From Candidatus Heimdallarchaeum aukensis (GTDB taxonomy: Archaea > Asgardarchaeota > Heimdallarchaeia > Heimdallarchaeales > Heimdallarchaeaceae): a DNA stretch of 64,000 nucleotides. The stretch lies in NCBI GenBank assembly GCA_021513695.1, contig CP084166.1, positions 2,112,001 to 2,176,000 on the forward strand, read 5' to 3'. The notes beneath the pieces are model-generated. The model worked only from the letters and a program-made list of their open reading frames with translations. It ran no database searches and was not told the origin of the DNA. The position numbers and the translations under genes are program-made. This document shows positions 29,011 through 39,077 of the stretch, one piece after another; position 1 is the first letter of the stretch; the number at the start of each line of letters is the position of its first letter.

Positions 29011-31079
29011 TTAATCTCCTCCAAAATAATGTAACCTAATCTGTTGATTCTGCCAAAAACACTTGGGGGGATAACCGTAGTAGAATCAAGCTGATCAATA
29101 ATTGCAGGACCCTCAATAATATTGCCGTCTAACAATTTCGATTTATCAAAAACAGGAGTAGAAAAAAGGTCGCCATAAAAGTTGACCTCTCGACTGGATT
29201 TATAAGCTGAATCAGGAGGACGAGAAGAACCTTCAGGAAGTTTAGATAATTTGAGTTTGGGCACTGTCCCTCTGGCTTCAACCTTAACATTAACAACTTC
29301 TACTTGTAAATGCTTGTCATGCCAAGAGTAATTTTGATGATGAAGAGAATGGAAACTGTCAACAGCTTCTGACAAAATAGAACCAGAAATAGGATAATTG
29401 ATAGGAATAGAAAGAGTGTCAGACTGACCTAAATAGCGAAGGTCTAAAGAATATGAAAAGACTTTTTCTTCTTCTTTTACATTTTCAGAAGACAAAATAG
29501 ATGATAACTCTAATTTTAAAGATTCAAGAGTATTGTTAAGATCGAGAAAATCTATGTCCTCAACAAGCTGAAGATAAGACTGGACCTTCTCGTGTTTAAT
29601 ATCACTAGCCAGTAATCCATAAGCCGACCATGCACCTGGAAAAGGAGGAACAATAACACGTTTAATGTCCAACTCTTTAGCTATATCCCAAACTTGCATA
29701 GGACCCGCACCTCCAAAACCAAGGAGAGAAAAATCGCGGGGATCTAAACCACGCTGAACAGTAACAACACGAATAGCTTGTGAAATGTTGTGATTAAGAA
29801 TCTGACGAACAGAAAGAGCTAAAGAAGTAACAGAATCGATTTCATAATCATAGGAGGAATTTCTTATTTCATCAAGTAATGATTGTAAAACAGAAAAGGA
29901 TTTGTTGACGTCAATATCCAAATTACCAGCAAAATTGCTAGGGTGAACATAACCTAAAACCATATTCGCGTCAGTTAAAGTAACTTTGTCTCCACCTAAA
30001 GAATAACATGCAGGACCAGGAAAAGCTCCTTGAGACTCAGGACCAACAGTTAACAATCCATCACTAAACTTAGCAATAGAACCTCCACCACTACCAATAG
30101 TCTCAACATCAGCCATAGGTGAAACAATCGGAAAACCGCCAAAATAGCGAGAGTTTAAAATGATAGGACTATCGATCAAGGCAGAAACATCAGTACTAGT
30201 ACCGCCAATATCTAAAGAAACAAGATGGGAAAGAGAAAGATGGTCAAGAGTCTTAGAAGCAGCAAGAACACCACCAGCAAGACCAGAATAAAGAGTTTGA
30301 ATGCCATTACGAGTGATAGTAGAAACATCACTCATACCAGTGTTAGATTGCATAATCAGAAGAGGAGAAGAAATGCCGATATCAAGAAGCTTGGAACGAA
30401 TAGTGGAAAGATAACGAGAAATAACAGGACTAACTTTAGCATTGATGATAGTAGTAACAGAGCGCTCGTATTCACCAATAGAAGGACAGATCTCAAAAGA
30501 GGGAAAGGAAAGAAAACCATGAGAACTAAGAAGAGAATGAAGATGCTGTTCATGAGAAAAATTGCGAAAAGAAAAAAGAAGAGAAATAGCTAAAACAGAA
30601 ATAGAACGAGAATGAAGGAGAGAAGAAAGAGAGTCTAAATCAAAGGTAAGAGGACGAATTACAGAACCTGAAGAATCAAGGCGCTCATCAATCTCTATTA
30701 ATAAATCAGAAGAAAAATCTAAAGGATAAGATTGAGAAAATTTGAGATTATAAAGATCAGAACGTTGTTGGCGACCAATCTCAATAATATCTTTGAAACC
30801 TTTAGTAGTCAAAAAAGCTATAGGAGGACATTTACCCTCTAAAAAAGCATTAGTACCGATAGTTGTTCCATGAATAAGCAATTCAATGTCAGAAGGACCA
30901 AAATCAAAAAGATGCATAACCTCTTGTAATCCAGAAATGATTCCAATACTAGGGTCATGAGGAGTAGTAGCAGTTTTCCAAGCTCTAATTTGACCATCAC
31001 TAGAAAGTATAATAAAATCAGTAAAAGTACCACCTGTATCGATACCAATACGAATAGGAGGACGAAGAGAAGAAAGCAT
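29007..31079 (-). CDS. hyuA: hydantoinase A / 5-oxoprolinase subunit
   Basis: The N-terminal 'IGIDTGGTFTDFI' is the hydantoinase_A signature, and the protein is 690 aa. Confidence 0.85.
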   Translation of the reverse strand: MLSSLRPPIRIGIDTGGTFTDFIILSSDGQIRAWKTATTPHDPSIGIISGLQEVMHLFDFGPSDIELLIHGTTIGTNAFLEGKCPPIAFLTTKGFKDIIEIGRQQRSDLYNLKFSQSYPLDFSSDLLIEIDERLDSSGSVIRPLTFDLDSLSSLLHSRSISVLAISLLFSFRNFSHEQHLHSLLSSHGFLSFPSFEICPSIGEYERSVTTIINAKVSPVISRYLSTIRSKLLDIGISSPLLIMQSNTGMSDVSTITRNGIQTLYSGLAGGVLAASKTLDHLSLSHLVSLDIGGTSTDVSALIDSPIILNSRYFGGFPIVSPMADVETIGSGGGSIAKFSDGLLTVGPESQGAFPGPACYSLGGDKVTLTDANMVLGYVHPSNFAGNLDIDVNKSFSVLQSLLDEIRNSSYDYEIDSVTSLALSVRQILNHNISQAIRVVTVQRGLDPRDFSLLGFGGAGPMQVWDIAKELDIKRVIVPPFPGAWSAYGLLASDIKHEKVQSYLQLVEDIDFLDLNNTLESLKLELSSILSSENVKEEEKVFSYSLDLRYLGQSDTLSIPINYPISGSILSEAVDSFHSLHHQNYSWHDKHLQVEVVNVKVEARGTVPKLKLSKLPEGSSRPPDSAYKSSREVNFYGDLFSTPVFDKSKLLDGNIIEGPAIIDQLDSTTVIPPSVFGRINRLGYIILEEIK

Positions 31080-31233
31080 GTCAAAAAAAAAGAAGAAGAG
31101 AACTTAAAGATTTTCAAAAAATAAGAAAAACCTAAAGAAAAAGAAAAAATTTTTTTATAAATCAGTTTATTAGTTGAAAATCATTTACTAAAAAGAACGG
31201 TTAATTGTTAAAAATACTTTTTATTTGTATAAA

Positions 31234-31336
31234 TGGTGGGGACGGCACGACTTGAACGCGCGACCAACAGGTATCTACGTTTTTTCAAATTATTAAACTC
31301 TGGAGCCTGCCACTCTACCTACTGAGCTACGTCCCC
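31234..31336 (-). tRNA. tRNA-Trp (anticodon CCA) with a ~27-nt intron in the anticodon arm; 3' CCA is encoded
   Basis: The reverse complement folds as acceptor GGGGACG/CGTCCCC, D-arm GCUC-AGUAGGUA-GAGU, anticodon stem GCAGG/CCUGU with loop CUCCAGA, intron GUUUAAUAAUUUGAAAAAACGUAGAUA, T-arm GCGCG-UUCAAGU-CGUGC, and discriminator A followed by CCA. It is a GC-rich island in AT-rich DNA. Confidence 0.8.
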
Positions 31337-31731
31337 TATATTAAGGTCTAAAGGCCTTCAATCTTAGTTTTTGTTTTTTTGTGGACACACAGTGATTTGT
31401 ATTTATTGTGTCTGAAATTTCTTTTAAGATTTCATTTTTAAGTTTTCTTGTTATCAACTTGACTTTGAATAGTTTTTGTATGTTGCCTTTGATATAAGAA
31501 ATACTGTTAGAGTTGTGGCTCTACTTTTTTCTTCTTTTTCTCTTTTTTTATATAAAATGAAAACAAACATTCATAAAAAATGCTTTTTTTGTTTACTTGC
31601 TCATTTATCAGTCTCAATTAGTGATTGTCAATAATGAAATTCAATAGGTAGGATGATTTATGATTTCACTCTGGAGCTTTGAATTGGCTTTCACTTGGGA
31701 AAACTGTTGAGCTCCTTTTTCTTTTTTTTCC

Positions 31732-32535
31732 TTATTCTTCTAGCTTTTTTTCCATTTTCCATAAGTGTCTTCTTCCTGCAAATTCTCTTTCTTCGCACAA
31801 TTCTGCTAGTTGCCTATTTGTTTCAAAAGATATATTATAATAGTTATTTGCTCTATATTCTTTCAATTTCTTTATGAATTCGTCAAAATATTTCAATTCT
31901 TTACATTTTAGTGATCTGCATCCTGCATAATTTGGTTCAAAGATGCTCATTACTTTTAATTCTTTTTCATTAAACAATCCTAAAACTAGATTGTTGCTAT
32001 TTTCTAGTATTTTCGTCATTTCTTCTACATTAACATTTTCGAAAGTCTCTACTATGGTATTTAGATCTCCTAGTGTTAGTTTTTTTAGTTCTGTGTTTTC
32101 TTCTATTTTCGTTTTTTCTATTTCTTTCAGGTGATTTTCTTCTATTGTACAGAACCATAATTCCTGTTCGAAATAGAAACCATATTTTTTGTAAAGTGCT
32201 ATTGCTTGTTTATTTTTCGTTTCTACCATTAGTTCTATTTTTCTCACATTTCTTTTTTTGAAGTAGTCTATAATGAAGGTCATCATTATTGACCCATATC
32301 CTTGCCCTTGCAAGCTCTTTTTTACTGCTATTCTATTTAGCAATCCATATCTGTTTGCTGTTTGTAAAAACATGTATCCTATTAACTCTTCATCTCTGAA
32401 AAAACCTATAAATCCTGATTTTGTAATGTACTGTAGATATAGTTTTTTTGGTATATAGTCATCTGGGAAGCATTCTCTATCAATTGGTTTGAATTGTTCC
32501 CAATCTTCTTCTGTTAATCTTTTAAACTCTAACAC
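31732..32535 (-). CDS. GNAT-family N-acetyltransferase
   Basis: The acetyl-CoA motif 'IAVKKSLQGQGYGSIMM' is present in the N-terminal half, and a second degenerate GNAT-like half follows. Confidence 0.65.
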   Translation of the reverse strand: MLEFKRLTEEDWEQFKPIDRECFPDDYIPKKLYLQYITKSGFIGFFRDEELIGYMFLQTANRYGLLNRIAVKKSLQGQGYGSIMMTFIIDYFKKRNVRKIELMVETKNKQAIALYKKYGFYFEQELWFCTIEENHLKEIEKTKIEENTELKKLTLGDLNTIVETFENVNVEEMTKILENSNNLVLGLFNEKELKVMSIFEPNYAGCRSLKCKELKYFDEFIKKLKEYRANNYYNISFETNRQLAELCEEREFAGRRHLWKMEKKLEE

Positions 32536-32853
32536 TTGCTTTCATTCTTTCTTTTTTTTTCCTTTAAAATAGCTTTCGTAACTTCCAAAAGTTTTTTTCT
32601 TTTCCTCTTTAGTGTGTTCTAACATTGTTTTCTTTTAAAAAAGGTTATCAGCTCTATTCTTTTTTTGTTGTAATAAATTTAATTTTTGTACACTTTTTGT
32701 AAGCTAATTTTGTTCTCTGAAGCGTTTAAGAGGGTAGGACTAACCATTCTTTACATAGAATTGAATAGATTATTTACTCTATTTCCTTATATTAACCTAA
32801 ATTATTTTCCTTCTTTCCTATAGATTTATAAAATTTATACAAAAAATTCAACT

Positions 32854-33579
32854 ATGACAGTTGGTGTTCTCTTCTGTGGAGGCAAAGGCACTCGTATGCG
32901 TCCTCTTACTTATTATATTCAGAAAGTTATGATGCCTATTGGTTTAGACCAGCGTCCTATTATGGAGTATATTGTTCGTCATTTTGTTAGGCATGGTGTA
33001 ACTGACTTGATTATGCTTGTTAACTACAAACGTGAGCAGATTGAGGGTTATTTTGAAGATGGCTCCCGTTGGGGAGCTAATATCACCTATGTTCCTGATA
33101 AGCCTGGTCCTGTTGGCACTGGTACAGCTTTACTTAATGCTCATGAAGCTATAGGTGACCGCCGTATGATCATTTTTTACTCTGACATTATTACTAACGT
33201 TAACTTTACTGAGATGTTATCTTTTCATTCTTCTCATGGCAAGTGGTCTACTATTCTTGCAACTAAAGGTTGGAAACTTCGTGTTGGCACTGCAGAGATA
33301 GATTCTTCCAATCTTGTTACTTCCTTTCATGAAAAACCAACTATTCCCGTTTATGTTAACACTGGTATAAGTATTCTTGAACCCATTATCTTTGACTATT
33401 TGAGCGAATTTGACCCCACACAGAGTATTGATCTTTCTCGGGATATTTTTCCCCAATTCGTTAAAGCTGAACAAATGGTTGCTTATACTCCTTCTGATGT
33501 TTATTGGGAAGATATTGGCTCAATTGAACGCTATGAAAAACTTGATAATGCTTTAATTACAAAGTTAATGAAAGCATAA
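32854..33579 (+). CDS. sugar-phosphate nucleotidyltransferase (NTP_transferase family)
   Basis: It carries the N-terminal 'GGKGTRMRPLT' signature of the G1P thymidylyl/uridylyl/guanylyl-transferase family. Confidence 0.75.
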   Translation: MTVGVLFCGGKGTRMRPLTYYIQKVMMPIGLDQRPIMEYIVRHFVRHGVTDLIMLVNYKREQIEGYFEDGSRWGANITYVPDKPGPVGTGTALLNAHEAIGDRRMIIFYSDIITNVNFTEMLSFHSSHGKWSTILATKGWKLRVGTAEIDSSNLVTSFHEKPTIPVYVNTGISILEPIIFDYLSEFDPTQSIDLSRDIFPQFVKAEQMVAYTPSDVYWEDIGSIERYEKLDNALITKLMKA

Positions 33580-33601
33580 CAATATTTAGAGGAGTGATTG
33601 T

Positions 33602-33991
33602 ATGAAACACCGTTTACTTGATCTACTTGCTTGTCCTGTTGAAAAAGGTTGGCCACTTAAATTGGAAATTCAAAATGAGGAGCCTGAAGAGGAAGAACTT
33701 GATATCCCTGTTGTTTGCGATGAAACTCAAGTTGTTTGTAAATATTACTGTAATTTTAAGAATTATCTCCTTATTGTTGATTCAGGTTCTGAAGAGCGCT
33801 TTAAACCTATTGATGAAATTAAGAAACATGTAACTGTTGAAGATTGTAAAAACTGTTTTCAAGTAGATATTACACAAGGTTTGCTACATTGTCCAGTTGA
33901 TGAAGAACACGTCTATAAAATCAAAGATGGTATTCCTATTATGCTTACTAAAGAGCAAATTGATGAAATATATGGTGGAAAAATCGAGTAG
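33602..33991 (+). CDS. Trm112-like zinc-ribbon protein with a long internal insertion (eukaryote-style architecture)
   Basis: The N-terminal 'LLDLLACPVEKGWPL' and C-terminal 'LLHCPVDEEHVYKIKDGIPIML' form the split Trm112 signature. An insertion of about 70 aa separates them. The protein is 129 aa, against about 60 aa for typical prokaryotic versions. Confidence 0.5.
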   Translation: MKHRLLDLLACPVEKGWPLKLEIQNEEPEEEELDIPVVCDETQVVCKYYCNFKNYLLIVDSGSEERFKPIDEIKKHVTVEDCKNCFQVDITQGLLHCPVDEEHVYKIKDGIPIMLTKEQIDEIYGGKIE

Positions 33992-34002
33992 GGTAGATTT
34001 TA

Positions 34003-34311
34003 ATGAGTGATTCTAAATCATATACTGATGAGCGTGAAGAAGGAAAAAAGAGGTCCTTCTCTCGTGTAGAAGTTCTAGAACTATTCATGCTCTTTTTAGT
34101 AGTATTACTGTTTATATTCTTTTTAATTGTTCAAGGTCGTATTGTCTTCTTTGATGAAATAAAGTCTCAAATAATATTAACTGACATTCTCCTAGCCATA
34201 GCCATTATTATCCTCTTCGGCAAATTTGTTCTCGATTTTTATAATATTAAGTTGTCTGAAGTTTTAAAAAAAACTCTTACTAATTTAAAATCCAAAAAAG
34301 AGTATCAATGA
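34003..34311 (+). CDS. hypothetical small membrane protein
   Basis: It is a 102-aa ORF with two hydrophobic segments, and is weakly supported. Confidence 0.25.
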   Translation: MSDSKSYTDEREEGKKRSFSRVEVLELFMLFLVVLLFIFFLIVQGRIVFFDEIKSQIILTDILLAIAIIILFGKFVLDFYNIKLSEVLKKTLTNLKSKKEYQ

Positions 34312-34393
34312 CAGTCAACTTTCTCTCTTCTTTTGTGTTTTAGTTTTTTTCTTAATGCGAAGAATTTTATAAATCAATTTTTTTCTTTATTCC

Positions 34394-36232
34394 ATGGGTA
34401 AACATGTCATCGAGCTAGATGTTGATACTATTAACAAAATCGCAGCTGGAGAAGTCATTGAGCGTCCTGCTTCAGTTGTTAAAGAACTCGTTGAAAATGC
34501 AATCGATGCTAAAGCTAGTTCTATTGAAATTAATATTGTTGACGGAGGAAAGAAAATTATTGAGGTTATTGACAATGGTGAGGGGATGAGTCATGATGAT
34601 GCTCTTACAGCAATAAAACGCCATACTACTAGTAAATTACGTACAGCTGAAGATCTCTTTAATATTCACTCTATGGGTTTTCGAGGAGAAGCCTTAGCAA
34701 GTATAGTTAGTGTTTCTATAACAGAAATCATTACTAGAACAGCTGATTCGGAGTTAGGTACAAGGTTAGAAATACATGGTGGAAAAGTTATTTCTGATCA
34801 AACTATTTCTGCACCTGTAGGAACAAAAGTTATTGTAAAGAATCTTTTTTACAACGTTCCTGTTCGAAGAAAGTTCCTTAAGAACACTTCCACTGAACTT
34901 CGGCATGTAACTGAAACAATAACAAAGTTAGCTTTATCTAAACCCGATATTTACTTTAAATATACTCACAACAATAAAGTTGTTCTTTCTGCTCCTCAAG
35001 GTGATCTACTAACAAATATTGCCACTATTTTTGGTAAAAATATGGCAAAAGGAGCTCTCAAAATAGAAAAAAGTGAGAACGGTTATTATTTACATGGTTA
35101 CATCTTAAAACCAGAGTTTGCTCGTAAATCTAAAGATTACCTCTATTTATTTGTAAATAACAGGCCTATCAAAGATAAATTGATTACTGATGCTATTTTA
35201 GCAGGTTATGGTACATCTGTTCCTCATGGAAGTTATCCTGTCGTTTTTCTTTACTTTAATTTGCCTGCAAACGAAGTTGATGTTAATATTCATCCTACTA
35301 AAAGAGAGGTAAAATTTGCTGAAGAAGTTAAGGTTTATTCGATGTTTGAATCAGCTATCAAGGAAGCTTTTGAAGCTAGTGGGTTAGAAATATTTAAACG
35401 AGTTGAACAACCAAAAGCACAACCTACTTTACTATCTTCTGTAGATTCTAACAAAATAGAGAAAAAGACGATGAGTACTTCTTATATAAAATCAAAGACT
35501 GTTATAAAAAAAGCTCCTGTTCCTTCAAAATCCTCTATTGGAAGAAAAAGAGAGAAACAACTTACCAGCTTTATTGATGTAAAAACTAGTTCGGAATCTA
35601 TTTCTAGCTCATCAACTACTCAAGTCCGAAAAGATGCTTTTCAAATTTTGGGAATAATAAAAGATACATATATCATAGCTGAAATGGATGAAGGTTTAGT
35701 TCTCTGTGATCAACATGCTGCAGCTGAAAAAATTAATTATTTAAAATATCTCAATCAGCTGAAGCAAAATAAAGTTGCGAAGCAAGGTTTGTTAGACCCA
35801 ATTATTATAACTCTCAAACCTTCTGAATTCAACACAATGCAGGAGATAATAGATAAGTTAGCTGTTCTGGGTTTTGAAATAAAACCTTTTGGTCAATTTG
35901 ATATCGCAGTTAGTGCTGTTCCAACGATTTTAGGAAAAAACATCTCTTCAAAAGTTGTTATTGATGTTATAGATATATTGAAAGAAAATTCACAGGAAAT
36001 TAAAGATCAAATAGAAATCGAAAAGTTACAAGTGATTAAGGATTTGATTGCTTTAACTGCTTGTAGAAGATCGATTAAAGCTGGGGATAGTTTGTCTTTT
36101 ATTGAAGCTAAAAGATTAATTACAGAACTGTTAGAACAAGATGACCCATGGACTTGTCCTCATGGAAGACCAACAATGATTCTTCTTACTGAAGATTATA
36201 TCAAAGAGTTATTTGGAAGAGATTATAGGTAA
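34394..36232 (+). CDS. mutL: DNA mismatch repair protein MutL
   Basis: The GHKL ATPase N-terminus 'INKIAAGEVIERPASVVKELVENAIDA' and 'GFRGEAL' are present, and the size (612 aa) fits. Confidence 0.9.
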   Translation: MGKHVIELDVDTINKIAAGEVIERPASVVKELVENAIDAKASSIEINIVDGGKKIIEVIDNGEGMSHDDALTAIKRHTTSKLRTAEDLFNIHSMGFRGEALASIVSVSITEIITRTADSELGTRLEIHGGKVISDQTISAPVGTKVIVKNLFYNVPVRRKFLKNTSTELRHVTETITKLALSKPDIYFKYTHNNKVVLSAPQGDLLTNIATIFGKNMAKGALKIEKSENGYYLHGYILKPEFARKSKDYLYLFVNNRPIKDKLITDAILAGYGTSVPHGSYPVVFLYFNLPANEVDVNIHPTKREVKFAEEVKVYSMFESAIKEAFEASGLEIFKRVEQPKAQPTLLSSVDSNKIEKKTMSTSYIKSKTVIKKAPVPSKSSIGRKREKQLTSFIDVKTSSESISSSSTTQVRKDAFQILGIIKDTYIIAEMDEGLVLCDQHAAAEKINYLKYLNQLKQNKVAKQGLLDPIIITLKPSEFNTMQEIIDKLAVLGFEIKPFGQFDIAVSAVPTILGKNISSKVVIDVIDILKENSQEIKDQIEIEKLQVIKDLIALTACRRSIKAGDSLSFIEAKRLITELLEQDDPWTCPHGRPTMILLTEDYIKELFGRDYR

Positions 36233-36247
36233 ATTTTTTAGAAATTC

Positions 36248-38977
36248 TTATTCTTCTTTTTTTCTTAGAATATTCCTACACTTTCTAGTTAATTGGTCTA
36301 GTAGATTTATTGCTTCAATAGGTGTAATCTTGTTCACATTAATATTTGCAATGTCTTGGAGAAGTTTGTATTCTCTTTCTTGTAAAATACCTGATTTCTT
36401 AGTGAAAGTTCTTTTGTTTTCTATGGCAGATTGAAAAGCTGTTTCTCCTAACAGTGTAACTTGTACGGGAGTGAGTTTACCTTTCTTTACTTTTTCCTCT
36501 TGCTTTTCTTCTCTTTGTTCTTTGTTGTTCATTTGTGCATGAAGAATGTGTAAAACTTCATTTGCTCTTTCTATGACCCTTTGCGGAATACCAGCTAAAG
36601 AAGCTACATGTACCCCATAAGATTCATCTATTCCTCCTTCTTTTACCTTGTATAAGAAATGAACACTACCGTTCACGTTTTTCACTGCAACGTGGTAATT
36701 CTTTACTCTTGGAAGAATATTTTCTAGTTCTATTAGTTCATGATAATGTGTTGCCAATAATGTTCTTGGTCCTATCCTTCCAATATTGTTGTGCAGATAC
36801 TCAGCTATTGCCCAAGCTAAAGCTACTCCATCAAAAGTTGAAGTTCCTCTTCCTATTTCATCAAGTATTACTAGACTTCGTTCTGTTGCATTATTTAGGA
36901 TATTTGCGCTTTCTATCATCTCCACCATAAATGTAGACCGATTTTCGATTAATACGTCATGTGCTCCAATACGTGTGAAAATTCTATCTGTCAAACCTAT
37001 ACGGGCCTTTGATGCAGGGACAAAACTACCTATATGAGCTAAAAGAACTATCAAAGCTGTTTGTCTGAGGAAAGTTGACTTTCCTGACATATTAGGTCCT
37101 GTGATAATTAGAAGTCTATTCTTTTTCTCTTCTATGATACAGTCATTAGGAATAAAGGTGGAATCTTTTAACAACTGCTCAACTACGGGGTGTCTCCCCT
37201 CCTTGATGTAGTAACTGTTTTCTTCTATTATTTCTGGCTTCGTATAATTGAAATTAACTGCATTCTGAGCAAAAGTGGATAAAACATCCAGTACAGCACA
37301 ATAATAAGCAGTCTCTTTTATTTGATTGGTAAACTTTGAAATTTCATTTAGTATCTCATTGTATAATCTCTCTTCTATCGCTATAATTTTCTCTTCTGCA
37401 GACAGTATTTTTATTTCATACTCTTTTAATTCTGGAGTAATGTATCGTTCTGCATTAGTCAAAGTTTGCTTTCGTTCATATTCTGCTGGCACTTGATCAG
37501 AGTATGCTTTGCTTACCTCAATAAAGTAGCCAAATACTTTATTGAACTTAACTTTTAATGTTTTAATATCTGTACGTTGTTTTTCTCTTGCTTCAAGAGA
37601 TTGTAAAAACTTTTTACTGTTTTTTCTAATATTTTTAAGTTCATCTAATTCCTTGTTATATCCCTCTTTTATTACTGTCCCGTCTCCTATTGATGCACTT
37701 GCATTTTCAGAGATTGTTCTTTCAATAATATTTACTACCTCTTTTAGAGGATTAAGTTTTTCTCTTATTTCAATAAAATATGAGGATTGATACTTGGACA
37801 AAAGTTTCTTTATTTCAGGTATAAGTTGTAACGTTTCTTTTAGAGCAAGAAGTTCTCGTGGTCTGGCTCTCCCTAACGCTACTCTACTTATGATTCTTTC
37901 AATATCACTCATATCTCCGAGTATTTCTCTAATATCTTCTCGTGTGATAATATCTTGAAATAATTCATCAACAGCATTCAATCTTTTCTCAATTATCGCT
38001 TTATCTAAACTCGGGTGGAGCAACCATCTGGTAAGAAGCCTTGATCCTGGTCCAGTTTTTGTGTTATCTAGTATGTATCTTAATGTCCCAAATTCTGTTC
38101 TATCTCTTACATTAGTGATTAGTTCTAGACTCATTATTGTTGTTGAGTCGAGAATCATAAACTCATCTGTTTTGATCTTAGAAATTTTTGTGATATTTGG
38201 AAAAGTTTCTCTAAATTGAGTCTCTCTAAGATAATTTATTATAGCTCCTGCAGCAGCAATATACACTCCATCTTCTTCTAATCCAAAACCATCCAGTGTA
38301 GCTAATTGAAAAAACTTGAGTAAATCTTGTCTTCCTTGTTCAACATCAAAATAATAACTTGGTTTAAATGTTAATACACACTGCTTTGTATTATACTGAA
38401 GGTTTAATGTTTCCCAAAGTTCTTTTTCGATTATTATCTCAGCTGGAGATAAGCGTGTAAATTCTACATCTAAACTTGCTTCATCTGAAAAATCTGTAAC
38501 ATAGAAGTCACCCGTAGACAAATCTAATGCAGCTAAACCATATTTGTCGTTTTCTTTTGATATTGCAACAAGAAAATTATTGCTTTTTTTAAGGGACTCT
38601 GGAGCAAGAACCGTCCCTTTTGAAACTAATCTTACTACTCCTCTTTTTACTATTGTTTTTGCTTTACTTGGATCTTCAAGTTGTTCTACAATAGCAACTT
38701 TATATCCTTGCTCTACCATCCTAGCAAGGTAAGAGTCAACTGCGTGATAGGGTACACCTGCAAGAGGCCATTCTGTTTCTGCAGTTTTTCTAGATGTTAA
38801 AGTAATATTAAGGGCTTTAGATGTAATGATAGCATCTTCTTTAAATGTTTCATAAAAATCTCCCAAGCGCCAGAAGATTATATGTTCCGGATATTGTTTT
38901 TTTACTTCTAACCACTGTTTTTGCATTGGGGTGAGTTTCTTTTTATGACTGTCATCAAATCTTTTCATTATACACAC
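36248..38977 (-). CDS. mutS: DNA mismatch repair protein MutS (MutS1-type)
   Basis: It has the Walker A 'GPNMSGKSTFLRQ', the mismatch-binding N-terminal domain and 'TLLATHYHEL'. It is 909 aa. Confidence 0.9.
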   Translation of the reverse strand: MCIMKRFDDSHKKKLTPMQKQWLEVKKQYPEHIIFWRLGDFYETFKEDAIITSKALNITLTSRKTAETEWPLAGVPYHAVDSYLARMVEQGYKVAIVEQLEDPSKAKTIVKRGVVRLVSKGTVLAPESLKKSNNFLVAISKENDKYGLAALDLSTGDFYVTDFSDEASLDVEFTRLSPAEIIIEKELWETLNLQYNTKQCVLTFKPSYYFDVEQGRQDLLKFFQLATLDGFGLEEDGVYIAAAGAIINYLRETQFRETFPNITKISKIKTDEFMILDSTTIMSLELITNVRDRTEFGTLRYILDNTKTGPGSRLLTRWLLHPSLDKAIIEKRLNAVDELFQDIITREDIREILGDMSDIERIISRVALGRARPRELLALKETLQLIPEIKKLLSKYQSSYFIEIREKLNPLKEVVNIIERTISENASASIGDGTVIKEGYNKELDELKNIRKNSKKFLQSLEAREKQRTDIKTLKVKFNKVFGYFIEVSKAYSDQVPAEYERKQTLTNAERYITPELKEYEIKILSAEEKIIAIEERLYNEILNEISKFTNQIKETAYYCAVLDVLSTFAQNAVNFNYTKPEIIEENSYYIKEGRHPVVEQLLKDSTFIPNDCIIEEKKNRLLIITGPNMSGKSTFLRQTALIVLLAHIGSFVPASKARIGLTDRIFTRIGAHDVLIENRSTFMVEMIESANILNNATERSLVILDEIGRGTSTFDGVALAWAIAEYLHNNIGRIGPRTLLATHYHELIELENILPRVKNYHVAVKNVNGSVHFLYKVKEGGIDESYGVHVASLAGIPQRVIERANEVLHILHAQMNNKEQREEKQEEKVKKGKLTPVQVTLLGETAFQSAIENKRTFTKKSGILQEREYKLLQDIANINVNKITPIEAINLLDQLTRKCRNILRKKEE

Positions 38978-39077
38978 TGTTTTAATTCATTCATTATGCT
39001 GCTTTTTGTTACAGTAAATATACCTACAAGTAATGATTATTATTTTTACACTTTTAAATAATTATTGAAGTAAGAAA

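Noticed and set aside
30225-31117. Several small ORFs antisense to hyuA (30225-30593 plus, 30356-30553 minus, 30839-31117 minus)
   Set aside because: They are embedded in a strongly supported 690-aa hydantoinase A gene. Their products are compositionally biased (K/R-rich or L/F-rich) and have no motifs.
31234-31336. Box C/D sRNA embedded in the tRNA-Trp intron, as in some Euryarchaeota
   Set aside because: The intron is only about 27 nt, which is too short to hold C, D', C' and D boxes plus guides.
31337-31731. Additional stable RNA (for example SRP RNA or RNase P RNA) in the ~390-nt spacer beside the tRNA
   Set aside because: The sequence is AT-rich without the extended GC-rich helices or conserved motifs expected of such RNAs. 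A small RNA cannot be excluded, but nothing specific was seen.
33618-33833. Alternative-frame ORF overlapping the Trm112-like gene
   Set aside because: It is entirely contained within the better-supported Trm112-like frame and has no motifs.
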